Source: an uncultured Ectothiorhodospiraceae bacterium (GTDB lineage Bacteria; Pseudomonadota; Gammaproteobacteria; CAYFWJ01). From it: a stretch of 64,000 nt of DNA. The stretch covers positions 12,046 to 76,045 of the forward strand of contig CAYFWJ010000001.1 of the NCBI GenBank assembly GCA_964346755.1, read 5' to 3'. Of the stretch, positions 41,659 to 51,618 are shown one piece after another (within the stretch, counting starts at the first letter, position 1; each line of letters begins with the position of its first letter). The notes beneath the pieces are model-generated. The model was not told the DNA's origin and made no database searches. It saw only the letters and a list, made by a program, of their open reading frames with translations. The translations under genes and the position numbers were made by a program.

Positions 41659-42003
41659 ATCATCAAGACCCTAGGTCAGGGTCCCGTCGATCGGCCTGTG
41701 TGCTGGCGGGCCCGTCGCGTTTAGGCGTTAGGTCGTTGATCCAATCCGGATGACGCCAGTCTCCTGGGTCGCCAGACCGCGGGTTGGCGACCGCGCCCTG
41801 TTCCCTCCCCCTCACCACCTCTGTCAATCATCCCGGATCGTCACCGGATCGACTCGACGCCCTGGCCGATCCGATGGGTTCCGCGGCCCGACCCGAGGGG
41901 CGGTGGTGCGCTTATCCTGGATGGCCTGTCCGATGACCGGATAGCCGCAGAGCCTCCGCCTCGCTGCCGACCGCAATCGGGTGTGCCCCGCCGAGGGATT
42001 GGC

Positions 42004-44022
42004 CTATGGGGGGCCCCTGTCCGAATCCCCCGATCCGCTCATTCCGGTGTTCCCGAGGTGTGCGGCGATGCGTTCGGCTAGACGGGATTGCCGGGCGGTC
42101 GATTGCCCGAGCGCGGTCCGCAAGACCGCTCGATCCGCCAGGATCGTCAGTTGGCCTCGACTTCGAGTGATCGCGGTATACAGGAGCTCCCGGGTAATCA
42201 GCGTTTCACTTCCCGGGGGCAGTACAACGAGTACATGGGTGAATTCCGAGCCTTGACTCTTGTGGATCGTCGTCGCGTAGGCCGATTCGTGGGCGGGCAG
42301 GCGGACCGTGGGGATCAAACGAACGCCCGCCTCGCCGATCCCGGGAAAGGCGACCCGCACGCGCCGGGTTTCCGGATCTGTGAGGGCCAACCCGAGATCC
42401 CCGTTGAACAGGTCCACCTCGTAATCGTTCCTCTGAATCTGGATGGGGCGCCCCCGATACCAGGGGCTTTGCCATCCCGTGGGCGCCAGGGTACGCGTCA
42501 GTCGCTGGTTGATCAGCTGACTGCCGAGCATCCCGTGTCGTCGGGCCGACAGGATGCCGAACTGTCCAAGCAGCCCGATGAGGGTTGCGCCGCTTTCGGG
42601 TATTCGGTTCGCCTCGCGCTGGAGGGCGGCGTAGGCTGGGCGCGCGAGCTGAACGATGCGTTCCAAGGCCGTCCGAGGATCGCCGATCGGCTCCCAGTGG
42701 ATCCGCTCATCGGAGGTGTCCTCAACGCGCTCCAGGAATCGCTCGACGGAACCGGCCAGACAGGATTCCGCGAGCTCGCGCAGCGGGGAGTCGCCATCGA
42801 ATCGGTGCCCGGTCCGCAGTGCGACGGTGCTGGCGGGCAAGGGGCCGGGCGCGGCGACGGCGCGGACCTGCTCGAGTGACTGCCCACTTAGGCCGGCCAC
42901 TTGCGCCTCGACCTCCTCGCCCCAATCGGCGCCGGGCTGGGTGAGATCGGCGAGTACCGAACCGACCTCGACGGCTGCGAGTTGATTCGGATCGCCGACC
43001 AGAATGAGCTGGGCGGGCTCCGGCAGCGCCTCCACTAAATGATCCATCAGGGCCAGATCCACCATGGAGACCTCGTCGACGATTACCGTGTCATACGGGA
43101 TGGGGTGCCCTCGGTGATGACGGAAGCGTTGCCCCGGGCGATGGGCTTGCGGGCCGAGTAGCCGATGTACGGTGACGGCCCCCGTGGGCAACGCGTCCGC
43201 GGAGTCGCCGAGTTCGCTCAGGCGCGCGCGGGCAGCCTCCAGGGCTGAGGTGAGTCGGACGGCGGCCTTGCCGGTCGGCGCCGCTAGGGCGATCCGTCGG
43301 TGGGGACACGCGACGGCCAGGGCGCTCAGGAGCCGGCCGACTGTCGTCGTCTTACCGGTTCCCGGACCCCCGACGATCAGGGCGATGGGGCGCAACAACC
43401 CGATGGCGACGGCGATGCGTTGCGCGGTGTCGACCGCCGCGTCGCCTCCGAGCAGTGGTTGCAGTCGATCCGCCCAGCCTGGCTCACGTGCATCGATCGG
43501 CATCGGCCCGGGTTGTCGGGACCGATCGGCCAGGCTCTCGGCCAGTCGGTTCTCGTGTTGCCAATATCGGGTCAGATACAACCAGCGTTCGTCGGCACAG
43601 ATGAGGGGAGTCAGACGATCGCCGAGGCCGGTGATGCCCATGCGTTCCAGAGCGGCCACCCAATCGGACCGCGATGGCGTGGGCCAAGGCGCATCCGCAG
43701 GGCCGATGGCTCGATCCGCCCAGGCCTCGAGGTCGACGCAGCTGTGGCCGAGGCGGGTCAGGCGACTGACGAGGGCCATCGTGACCGCGGCCAAGGCCGG
43801 TGGGGCCTCATTCGATCCGAGGGATGCGGCGGGTGTCTCGAGCACGTCGCGTCCGCGTCGTCCCCCGAGTTGGCCATCGAGGCCCCGGACCGCCATCCGT
43901 CCCAGGTGGTAATCCAGAGGCTCGATCCAGTCCCCGGCCAGCCAATGGGCCAGCGGTTCGAGGGCGGGATCGTCGCCCTCGGGGCGTGTGATTGGGTCAT
44001 CGGGGGGCGGGTGGGTCGACAT
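42004..44022 (-). CDS. recD: Exodeoxyribonuclease V alpha subunit RecD (RecD1-type helicase)
   Basis: Helicase motifs IVGGPGTGKTTTV, LAAPTGKAA, VIVDEVSMVDL, TIHKSQGSEF, LYTAITRSR; the N-terminal domain aligns with E. coli RecD (ICADERWLYLTRYWQHEN ~ LCGDRLYLNRMWCNER). Start uncertain, likely near MAVRGLDG at ~43896. Confidence 0.75.
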   Translation of the reverse strand: MSTHPPPDDPITRPEGDDPALEPLAHWLAGDWIEPLDYHLGRMAVRGLDGQLGGRRGRDVLETPAASLGSNEAPPALAAVTMALVSRLTRLGHSCVDLEAWADRAIGPADAPWPTPSRSDWVAALERMGITGLGDRLTPLICADERWLYLTRYWQHENRLAESLADRSRQPGPMPIDAREPGWADRLQPLLGGDAAVDTAQRIAVAIGLLRPIALIVGGPGTGKTTTVGRLLSALAVACPHRRIALAAPTGKAAVRLTSALEAARARLSELGDSADALPTGAVTVHRLLGPQAHRPGQRFRHHRGHPIPYDTVIVDEVSMVDLALMDHLVEALPEPAQLILVGDPNQLAAVEVGSVLADLTQPGADWGEEVEAQVAGLSGQSLEQVRAVAAPGPLPASTVALRTGHRFDGDSPLRELAESCLAGSVERFLERVEDTSDERIHWEPIGDPRTALERIVQLARPAYAALQREANRIPESGATLIGLLGQFGILSARRHGMLGSQLINQRLTRTLAPTGWQSPWYRGRPIQIQRNDYEVDLFNGDLGLALTDPETRRVRVAFPGIGEAGVRLIPTVRLPAHESAYATTIHKSQGSEFTHVLVVLPPGSETLITRELLYTAITRSRGQLTILADRAVLRTALGQSTARQSRLAERIAAHLGNTGMSGSGDSDRGPP

Positions 44023-44057
44023 TTGGTGTACGGCGTCTGATCGGATTGAGTCTCGAA

Positions 44058-44711
44058 TCAGCCCTCAGGGGCCGGTGTATCGCATGTCTTATCGGGAAAG
44101 TCGCACAGGTCGGCGATCGGACACGCCGGACAGCGGGGGCGCCGGGCGGTGCACACATACCGGCCATGGAGAATGAGCCAGTGATGGGCGTGCTGCTGAA
44201 AGGCGGGTGGGACCCGCTCCATCAGGCCCTGTTCCACCGCTTCGGGGGTCTTCCCCGGTGCGAGCCCCGTGCGGTTGGCAACCCGAAAGATGTGGGTATC
44301 CACGGCGATGGTCGGCTGACCGAACGCGGCATTCAACACCACGTTGGCGGTCTTGCGGCCGACCCCGGGTAGGGCCTCGAGGGCCTCGCGTTCGGCCGGC
44401 ACCTCGCCGTTATGTCGGTCAAGAAGCTGTCGGCTCAGGGCGGCGAGGTTACGCGCCTTATTGTTGAATAAACCGATGGATTGGATGTAGGTCCGGATCC
44501 CATCTTCGCCGAGCGCGGCGAGCCGCTCCGGGTCCGGGGCGACGGCAAATAGCTTCCGTGTGGCCTCGTTGACGCTGCGATCCGTCGCTTGCGCGGAGAG
44601 CACGACGGCGACCAGCAGTTGAAAAGGCGAGTCGAAGCGCAATTCGGTGGTGGGCGCCGGGTTGGCGGCCGCCAGTCGGGTGAACAGGGTCTCAACAGCC
44701 GAATCGGTCAC
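44058..44711 (-). CDS. nth: Endonuclease III (DNA glycosylase/AP lyase)
   Basis: HhH-GPD motif (LPGVGRKTANVVL) and C-terminal 4Fe-4S loop C-x6-C-x2-C-x5-C (CTARRPRCPACPIADLC). Confidence 0.92.
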   Translation of the reverse strand: MTDSAVETLFTRLAAANPAPTTELRFDSPFQLLVAVVLSAQATDRSVNEATRKLFAVAPDPERLAALGEDGIRTYIQSIGLFNNKARNLAALSRQLLDRHNGEVPAEREALEALPGVGRKTANVVLNAAFGQPTIAVDTHIFRVANRTGLAPGKTPEAVEQGLMERVPPAFQQHAHHWLILHGRYVCTARRPRCPACPIADLCDFPDKTCDTPAPEG

Positions 44712-44943
44712 GGTTAGCTCCTGGAAAACCCGGAATTCGCCCTCAGGCTGATGACACGCCCTGGGCTCGCTTGAGTGGCTTCGTCCAGAGGCTTTGACAG
44801 GCCTCGGCGAAAACGCCGTGTATCCCCTTTCGCCAACGCGTTAGGCCCTGCTTCTGATCGCACGCGGGCCGGGGACGACGCGACGTGCATCGGTCGCCGG
44901 GGTCGACTCGGCGCCGCGTGGATCGAGACGAGGGGGCCGTCGG

Positions 44944-45900
44944 GTGTTTCGAGAGGTTTCCTGTTACGCTCGAGACACCAAGGTATGCGCGTCGGAGGGT
45001 CTTGTGTCCGCTAACGGCCCCCTCATCCGATCTCACGCGGTCATCTTCGTGGCCAGCGCCCTTTTGTTGATCAGCGTCGTGCTGATCTGGCACGGGCTCG
45101 ACCGTGAACGGCGGTATCAAGCCGCTCAAGCCGCCCTCGCCGAGGCGGTTGCCCGGGGCGCAGCCGGGGCGATCGGGCTCGAGCTCGGTAACCTCCAACA
45201 CCGCCTCGAGGTGTTCGTTGCCGATTACCGAACCGCCCTCGGGCGCCTGGATCAGCGTCCCGGGGATCGGACCCTCCATGAGGCCCTCGAACGACGGGTT
45301 AGTCGCCATTTTCCGGAATACTTCGCCTTTACGCTGACCGATGGGCGCGGTAACCCTCGCCTCGAGGATCTCGAGGGGTTGGTCGGTGACGTTTGTCGCG
45401 AGAACCTCGAGCGCTATGCCAATCGGCTGGAAACCGAGTCCGGGCACCCGGTGAGTAACGAGGTGTTTATCCATCCCCAACCAGGACGTTATCACTTCGA
45501 CATCATGGCGCCTTGGTCCGATCAGCAAAGGCGCGGGATCTTCTTTATCAGCATCGAACCGGGCGCATTGGCCCGCACCCTGCAACTGTACACCATCCCC
45601 GGGTTTGACCTGATGCTCGTGAAACAGACCGACCCGAGCTTGATCGAGATCGCCGCCGGAGGGGCCCGAAATCGCCTCGACCGGTCGTTGCGACTGAGCG
45701 ATCAAGAGCAGGACCGGGTGCTGGCACGTCAGAGCGTCGCCCATAGCCTATGGGACGTAGCAGTCATCGCGGAGCCCGGTTTGTTCGGTGGCTACCGGCA
45801 GCATATCGGGCGCGAGTCTCTGCTGGTGTTCCTGATCACCGCCGTCGTGGTGATCGGTTTCGGTATCGCGGGTACGCGCATTCCCCACGAGGGCCGATGA
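44944..45900 (+). CDS. Two-TM membrane protein with large periplasmic sensor-like domain and no cytoplasmic output domain
   Basis: TM1 AVIFVASALLLISVVLIWHGL, ~250-aa hydrophilic domain, TM2 LLVFLITAVVVIGFGIAG, then only ~10 cytoplasmic residues before the stop; GC3-rich codon usage consistent with coding. The overlapping minus-strand ORF 44743..45744 is low-complexity and judged spurious. Start codon uncertain. Confidence 0.45.
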   Translation: MFREVSCYARDTKVCASEGLVSANGPLIRSHAVIFVASALLLISVVLIWHGLDRERRYQAAQAALAEAVARGAAGAIGLELGNLQHRLEVFVADYRTALGRLDQRPGDRTLHEALERRVSRHFPEYFAFTLTDGRGNPRLEDLEGLVGDVCRENLERYANRLETESGHPVSNEVFIHPQPGRYHFDIMAPWSDQQRRGIFFISIEPGALARTLQLYTIPGFDLMLVKQTDPSLIEIAAGGARNRLDRSLRLSDQEQDRVLARQSVAHSLWDVAVIAEPGLFGGYRQHIGRESLLVFLITAVVVIGFGIAGTRIPHEGR

Positions 45901-45937
45901 GCCCTCGCGAATCGGCGGTTCGGCGGATGAGCTGAGG

Positions 45938-46573
45938 TCACGCCGTCTGCTCGGCTGCGTCCGGGGGTATGCTCGTGTTGCCGTTGGTGAGGCGATACAC
46001 GGCGATCTGCCCGAAGAGATTCGGGATCCACCGCATCAGCCAACTGGTGCGATGGGTGTTATCGACCACATTGCGCTCGATGATATGGATCGATTGCTCC
46101 TCGCAGAGCCGCTCGAAGTCCCGCAGCGTGCACAAATGGATGTTCGGGGAGTCGTACCACCGATCCGGCAGGGCGGAGATTACCGGCATGCGGCCCTGGA
46201 GGGTGAGTTTCAGCCGGCTCCGCCAGTGGCCGATGTTGGGAAAGGTGACGATGACCTCCCGACCCACGCGCAGCATCTCCGCCAGTAGGCGGTCCGGGTG
46301 GCGCACCGCTTGGAGGGTTTGCGTCATGACGACATAGTCGAAGCTTTGATCGGCGAAGTAGCGACCCCAGTCCGCATCCAGGTCGAATTGGAGCACACAA
46401 ACGTCCTTCTGAAGGCAGGAGAGGATGTTCGACGGGTTGATCTCGAGGCCGTAACCGCGAACGTGGCGGTGCGCCTCCAGAAAGGTGAGCAAGGTGCCAT
46501 CCCCGCAGCCCAGATCCAGGATGGACGTTTCCGGGGCGATCCACTGGCTGATGAATTCGAGCTCACGACGCAT
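45938..46573 (-). CDS. metW: Methionine biosynthesis protein MetW
   Basis: SAM-MTase-like MetW ([12 protein letters not shown]...); overlaps the metX stop. Confidence 0.85.
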   Translation of the reverse strand: MRRELEFISQWIAPETSILDLGCGDGTLLTFLEAHRHVRGYGLEINPSNILSCLQKDVCVLQFDLDADWGRYFADQSFDYVVMTQTLQAVRHPDRLLAEMLRVGREVIVTFPNIGHWRSRLKLTLQGRMPVISALPDRWYDSPNIHLCTLRDFERLCEEQSIHIIERNVVDNTHRTSWLMRWIPNLFGQIAVYRLTNGNTSIPPDAAEQTA

Positions 46574-47717
46574 CGGGGATCTCCTCGGCAACCCGGCGGA
46601 GATAGCCGCGCAAGATCGTCATGTATTCGGGGATCGCGATCAAGAACGCATCGTGTCCGTGATGGGCCTGGATCTCCGCATAGCTCACAGGCTTGTCGGC
46701 CTTGACCAGGGCCTCGACGATCTCTCGGGAGCGTTCCGATGAGAAGCGCCAATCGCTGCTGAAGGAAATGACCAAGAAGCGCGCGAGCGCCCCTCGAAAG
46801 GCCTCGGCGAGGCTTCCGTTGTGGTCGGCCGCCGGATCGAAGTAGTCGAGGGCCTTGGTCATCAGCAGATAGGTATTGGCGTCGAAGCGGTCGACGAAGG
46901 AACGGCCCTGGTAGCGCAGGTAGCTCTCCACCTGGAACTCGACATCGAATCCGAACTTGAGGCTGTCGGCCCGGAGCTCCCGGCCGAACTTGTTGCGCAT
47001 GGCGTCATCGGAGAGATAGGTGATGTGACCCAGCATGCGCGCGAGGGCCAGCCCCCGACGGGGCACGGTGTCGTGCTCGTAGAACTGACCGCTGAAGAAC
47101 TCCGGATCGGCGGTAATGGCTTGGCGGGCGACCTCGTTGAACGCGATGTTTTGGGCGGACAATCGCGGGGTCGCCGCGATGATGACCGCATGACGAAGTC
47201 GTGCCGGGAAATCCATCGCCCATTGCATAACCTGCATACCGCCAAGGCTGCCCCCGACGACCGCCGCCCATTGCTGGATACCGAGCCGATCGGCCAGGAC
47301 GGCCTGACTCCGCACCCAGTCCCGGACCGTGACGACCGGAAAATCCAAGCCATAGGCCCGTCCGGTCTCTGGGTTGATGGTATTGGGGCCGGTCGTCCCC
47401 TTGCAGCCGCCGAGGTTGTTCGGTGAGACCACGAAGAAGTGGTCGGTGTCGATCGGTTTGCCCGGGCCAATCGCCGTCTCCCACCAGCCGGGCTTGCGAT
47501 CCTCGGGTGAGTGGTAACCGGCGGCATGATGATCGCCGGAAAGGGCGTGACACACCAAGATGGCGTTGCTGGCATCGGCGTTCAGCGTGCCATAGGTCTC
47601 GTAAGTCAGGTCGTAGAACGGCAGCGCTTGACCGCAGTCCAGCGGCAGCGGTTTGGCGAAATGCTGCGTTCGGGGCGTTACCAGGCCGACGGAGTCGTTC
47701 GGTATGGAGACGGGCAT
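46563..47717 (-). CDS. metX: Homoserine O-acyltransferase (MetX, alpha/beta hydrolase)
   Basis: 384 aa; catalytic Ser motif GGSLGGMQ; metX-metW pair. Confidence 0.9.
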   Translation of the reverse strand: MPVSIPNDSVGLVTPRTQHFAKPLPLDCGQALPFYDLTYETYGTLNADASNAILVCHALSGDHHAAGYHSPEDRKPGWWETAIGPGKPIDTDHFFVVSPNNLGGCKGTTGPNTINPETGRAYGLDFPVVTVRDWVRSQAVLADRLGIQQWAAVVGGSLGGMQVMQWAMDFPARLRHAVIIAATPRLSAQNIAFNEVARQAITADPEFFSGQFYEHDTVPRRGLALARMLGHITYLSDDAMRNKFGRELRADSLKFGFDVEFQVESYLRYQGRSFVDRFDANTYLLMTKALDYFDPAADHNGSLAEAFRGALARFLVISFSSDWRFSSERSREIVEALVKADKPVSYAEIQAHHGHDAFLIAIPEYMTILRGYLRRVAEEIPDAS

Positions 47718-47805
47718 AGGAGACTTCCAAGACCGCGGTAATTGGCTTGGCCTACGTCGCGGTCAGGCGTTCGACAGCGCAATCGATCAATATAACACCG
47801 GGCCG

Positions 47806-48117
47806 TCAAGACGGGCCATCCGTGGGCCACGACACGCCGTCGGGTAGTCGGTTGGGCGCGCTAACCCGGACCCGCTTATCCCGGCCGGTCGTCCCGGCGA
47901 CGAGTGCCACACGCCCGTTCGCGACCCCACAGGCGGTGGCGATGAATGAACGCAACGCGGCATTGGCCTTGCCATCCGTGGCGGGCGCTGCGATCCGAAT
48001 CCGACGCTGATCCTCCAGCACCTCGCCCCAACCCCCATGACGAGCGCCGGGTTGCACCCGCAGGCGCAACTCCAGTTCCAGAGCCGGGGTCGATGATCGC
48101 CAACGATACCAACTCAT
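47806..48117 (-). CDS. DUF167 (YggU) family protein
   Basis: About 100 aa; conserved ...IRIAAPATDGKANAAL...RVSAP core of the YggU family; synteny yggT-yggU-metX. Confidence 0.6.
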   Translation of the reverse strand: MSWYRWRSSTPALELELRLRVQPGARHGGWGEVLEDQRRIRIAAPATDGKANAALRSFIATACGVANGRVALVAGTTGRDKRVRVSAPNRLPDGVSWPTDGPS

Positions 48118-48165
48118 GCACGGATTCGGATGGTTCGAGCCGTCATCGGGGGGTATTGGCTCGGT

Positions 48166-48738
48166 TTATGCCAAGCCAAGCAGGGGGGGCAATAAAAGCC
48201 GCTTAAGTACTTGCAGGGCGATCAGCGCGAACAACGGTGACAGATCGATCCCCGAGATAGGCGGAATCAGGCTGCGGACCGGCGCCAGGATGGGCTCGTT
48301 GATCGTGCCCAATATCTCGAAGGCCGGGTTGTCGTAGGATTGGCTCGCCGCAGCCACCCAACTCAGGATGGCCTGGGCCAGGATCGTGAAGAAGAAGAAG
48401 TCGAGGACCACGCGTATGACCTCGGCCAGGGTCAGGACGAGGAGGCTGCCGGGTGGCACGGCCACGCCTTTGAAGGCCACCGCGAGGGCGATGGCGATGG
48501 CCTCGATCAGCACGATGAACACGAGTGAGGCGGTATCCTGCCCACCAACCGGGGGGATGACGCGTCGGATCGGTTGCAGCACCGGGTCCGTGACCTGCAC
48601 CGCGAACTGGCTCACGGGGTTGTAACGGGGCGCGCCCACCGCCTGCAGCATGAAGCGCAGGAAGAGGACGATCACGTAGAGATCGACGAAGGTCTTGACC
48701 AGAAAACTGATCGGATCGTTGAGGTAGGCGTCGCCCAT
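48166..48738 (-). CDS. yggT: YggT family inner-membrane protein
   Basis: Duplicated YGGT membrane repeats; conserved proC-yggT context. Confidence 0.7.
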   Translation of the reverse strand: MGDAYLNDPISFLVKTFVDLYVIVLFLRFMLQAVGAPRYNPVSQFAVQVTDPVLQPIRRVIPPVGGQDTASLVFIVLIEAIAIALAVAFKGVAVPPGSLLVLTLAEVIRVVLDFFFFTILAQAILSWVAAASQSYDNPAFEILGTINEPILAPVRSLIPPISGIDLSPLFALIALQVLKRLLLPPLLGLA

Positions 48739-48745
48739 AATCGGT

Positions 48746-49567
48746 TTATTCTCCCAGTCGTTCGGCGAGCTCGGAAGCGCGGTCTCGAGCCGCGATGACG
48801 GCGCGTCGAACCGCTTCTTTCATGTCGGCTTGTTGCAGCACATTGAGGGCCTGTTCCGTGGTCCCGCCCTTAGAGGTGACGCGCACACGCAGGTCAGCCG
48901 GTCGCTCCGAGGCCTCAAGCGCCAGCTTGGCCGCTCCGAAAGCGGTCTCGACGGTGATCAGGCGCGCCGCCTCTTCGGTCAGACCGAGTTCCACGGCCGT
49001 CTCGTGAAGGGCCTCCATGAGCAAGAAGTAATAGGCCGGTCCACTGCCGGCGAGGGCCGTTAGGATATCTAACTGCGCCTCCTCCGCAACCCATAGGGTG
49101 GCCCCGACGGCGCGCATCAGCGATTCGGCGACATCGCGTTGGTAGGTGGATACCTGCGGATTGGCGTATAGCCCGCTCATGCCGCTGCCCACCATAGCCG
49201 GGGTATTGGGCATGGTGCGAACGATGGCATGGCTGCCGCCCAGCCACCGGTCGATGGCCTCGGACCGCACCCCGGCGGCGATCGAGACGATCAACGGTTG
49301 ATGCGTGGCGGCCGCCGGGGCCAAGGCTTCGGTCACCGATTTTAAGATTTGGGGCTTGACCGCGAAAACGACGACGTCGCTGGCCTGCCAGACTCGCTCG
49401 TTATCCGAGTCGATGACGACTCCGTGCTGCTGCATCCCGTGACGTTGGTCCGGATCCGGGTCGGCCACCCGGATCCGCTCCCGGGGAAAGCCGTCGGCGC
49501 AAAGTCCGGCGACCAGGCTTTTCGCCATGTTGCCGCCGCCGATAAATCCGAGGGTGAGCTCGTGCAT
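48746..49567 (-). CDS. proC: Pyrroline-5-carboxylate reductase
   Basis: N-terminal Rossmann LGFIGGGNMAKSL and ProC C-terminal dimerization domain (TSKGGTTEQAL). Confidence 0.88.
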   Translation of the reverse strand: MHELTLGFIGGGNMAKSLVAGLCADGFPRERIRVADPDPDQRHGMQQHGVVIDSDNERVWQASDVVVFAVKPQILKSVTEALAPAAATHQPLIVSIAAGVRSEAIDRWLGGSHAIVRTMPNTPAMVGSGMSGLYANPQVSTYQRDVAESLMRAVGATLWVAEEAQLDILTALAGSGPAYYFLLMEALHETAVELGLTEEAARLITVETAFGAAKLALEASERPADLRVRVTSKGGTTEQALNVLQQADMKEAVRRAVIAARDRASELAERLGE

Positions 49568-49621
49568 GATGTTCGCGCCTCGTTCGTCGATGGGTGGGGC
49601 GAGTGGCGATCCGAGTCGGGC

Positions 49622-50335
49622 CTAGCGGCGGGCTCCGAATAGGGCTGTGCCGATGCGAACCAACGTACTACCCTCGGCAATGGCCGCTTCGAGATCGCTC
49701 GACATGCCCATCGACAAGGTGTCCAGGGCGAGGCCCTCGTGGTTTAAAGCCTCGAAGCATTCGCGCAGCCGTTGAAACGGGACGCGTTGGGCCGATGGAT
49801 CCTCACTCGGCGCCGGAAGCGTCATCAGCCCCCGCAGCCGCAGCCCCGGTAGGCCAGTGATCGAGTGGGCGAGCTCGGCGACGGCCTCCGGTTCAACGCC
49901 CGCTTTGCTCACTTCCCCGCTGACATTGACCTGGACGCAGACGTTCAACGGCTCCCGATGCTTCGCTCGGAGTCGGGCCAGACGTTCGGCGATCCGCAGC
50001 CGATCCACGCTGTGCATCCAATCGAAGCGTTCGGCGACCGCCGCCGCCTTGTTGGTCTGCAACGGGCCGATGAAGTGCCATTCGAGGCGTGGATCACGGG
50101 GGGCCGAGGAGGCCACGGAGGTCATCTTATCGACGGCCTCCTGGACGTAGTTTTCGCCGAACCGAGTCACGCCGGCGGCCAGGGCCTCGACGAGCGCGCC
50201 GGCCGGTTGCCCCTTGCTGACCGCTAGCAACACGACCGAGCCCGGCGTCCGTCCGTAGCGTGCCTCCGCCGCCCGGATACGCTCGCAGACCCGTGCGTGG
50301 CGTGCTGCAAAATCCTCCGCCTCGCCTCGGTTCAT
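49622..50335 (-). CDS. yggS: PLP homeostasis protein YggS (PLPBP, alanine-racemase N-terminal fold)
   Basis: Lys motif LLAVSKGQ, ...RLRGLMTLP...; 237 aa. Confidence 0.85.
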   Translation of the reverse strand: MNRGEAEDFAARHARVCERIRAAEARYGRTPGSVVLLAVSKGQPAGALVEALAAGVTRFGENYVQEAVDKMTSVASSAPRDPRLEWHFIGPLQTNKAAAVAERFDWMHSVDRLRIAERLARLRAKHREPLNVCVQVNVSGEVSKAGVEPEAVAELAHSITGLPGLRLRGLMTLPAPSEDPSAQRVPFQRLRECFEALNHEGLALDTLSMGMSSDLEAAIAEGSTLVRIGTALFGARR

Positions 50336-50521
50336 CGGGACCCACCCCCACTCCGCTCCGGGCTCGGCTCAGGGGCGTCAAGGCCGAGTCGGGGCCCGCC
50401 GGCGGTTGCGTCGCCGGGCACGAGTCGGTAGCTTGCATCGGACGAGATAATCGCGCAGTCAGGGCCTCGGCGCCCGCTCCTGCGGATTGCGGTTTGCTCC
50501 CGTTGCTTCGAGGTATCGCTG

Positions 50522-51559
50522 GTGGACATCGCCCAATTGCTTAGCTTCTCAGTCAAGAACAATGCCTCGGATCTGCATCTATCGGCCGGATTGCCGCCGA
50601 TGCTCCGGGTCGACGGTGACGTGCGCCGGATCAATGTCCCGGCGATGGAGCACACGGAGGTCAATGGGATGGTGTACGATATCATGAACGATAAGCAACG
50701 GAAGACGTACGAGGAATTCCTCGAGACCGACTTCTCGTTCGAGATCCCGAATCTCGCCCGCTTCCGCGTCAACGTCTACAACCAGAACCGCGGGGCCGGG
50801 GCGGTCTTCCGGACCATCCCCTCGAAGATCCTCAGCCTGGAGGATCTCAACGCCCCCGGGATCTTCCGCGACATCACCGATAACCCCCGGGGTATCTGTC
50901 TGGTGACCGGGCCGACCGGCTCGGGTAAGTCGACGACCCTCGCGGCGATGATCGACTACAAGAACAACAGCGAGTACGGACACATCCTCACCATCGAAGA
51001 TCCCATCGAATTCGTGCACGAGAGCAAGAAGTGCCTGATCAATCAGCGGGAGGTGCACCGCGATACGATGGGGTTCAATGAGGCGCTGCGCTCCGCGTTG
51101 CGGGAGGATCCCGATACCATCTTGGTCGGCGAGCTGCGGGACCTCGAGACCATCCGGCTCGCCCTGACCGCCGCCGAGACTGGCCACCTGGTCTTCGGGA
51201 CGCTGCACACCACCTCGGCGGCCAAGACGATCGACCGCATCGTCGACGTCTTTCCGGCGGCCGAGAAAGATATGGTGCGCGCGATGCTCTCGGAATCCTT
51301 GCGCGCCGTCATTTCCCAGGCCTTGCTCAAGAAGGTCGGCGGCGGGCGGGTTGCCACCCACGAAATCATGATCGGGACACCAGCCATCCGCAACCTGATT
51401 CGTGAGAATAAGATCGCCCAGATGTTCTCGGCCATTCAGACGGGGCAGAACGTGGGCATGAAGAGCCTGGATCAAGACCTCAAAGAGAAGTTGAGTCAGG
51501 GGCTGGTCACCCGGGAGGAGGTCCTGACCAAGGCCAACAACCGCGACAATTTCAAGTGA
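50522..51559 (+). CDS. pilT: Type IV pilus retraction ATPase PilT
   Basis: GTG start; near-collinear with P. aeruginosa PilT (MDI..LL.FS.K..ASDLHLSAGLPPM.RVDGDVRRIN, Walker A GPTGSGKSTT, AIRNLIRE motif). Confidence 0.92.
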   Translation: MDIAQLLSFSVKNNASDLHLSAGLPPMLRVDGDVRRINVPAMEHTEVNGMVYDIMNDKQRKTYEEFLETDFSFEIPNLARFRVNVYNQNRGAGAVFRTIPSKILSLEDLNAPGIFRDITDNPRGICLVTGPTGSGKSTTLAAMIDYKNNSEYGHILTIEDPIEFVHESKKCLINQREVHRDTMGFNEALRSALREDPDTILVGELRDLETIRLALTAAETGHLVFGTLHTTSAAKTIDRIVDVFPAAEKDMVRAMLSESLRAVISQALLKKVGGGRVATHEIMIGTPAIRNLIRENKIAQMFSAIQTGQNVGMKSLDQDLKEKLSQGLVTREEVLTKANNRDNFK

Positions 51560-51618
51560 TCGATCGCCAGCCAGAGCCCTGGCCGAATCCTGTAAAGCCC
51601 GCGAGGTGAGACATCGTT

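Noticed and set aside
44743-45744. 333-aa minus-strand ORF overlapping the sensor-like gene
   Set aside because: C-terminal half is low-complexity (…SSRSTRRRVDPGDRCTSRRPRPACDQKQG…). The plus-strand frame has two clear TM helices and GC3-biased codon usage, so the plus-strand gene was preferred
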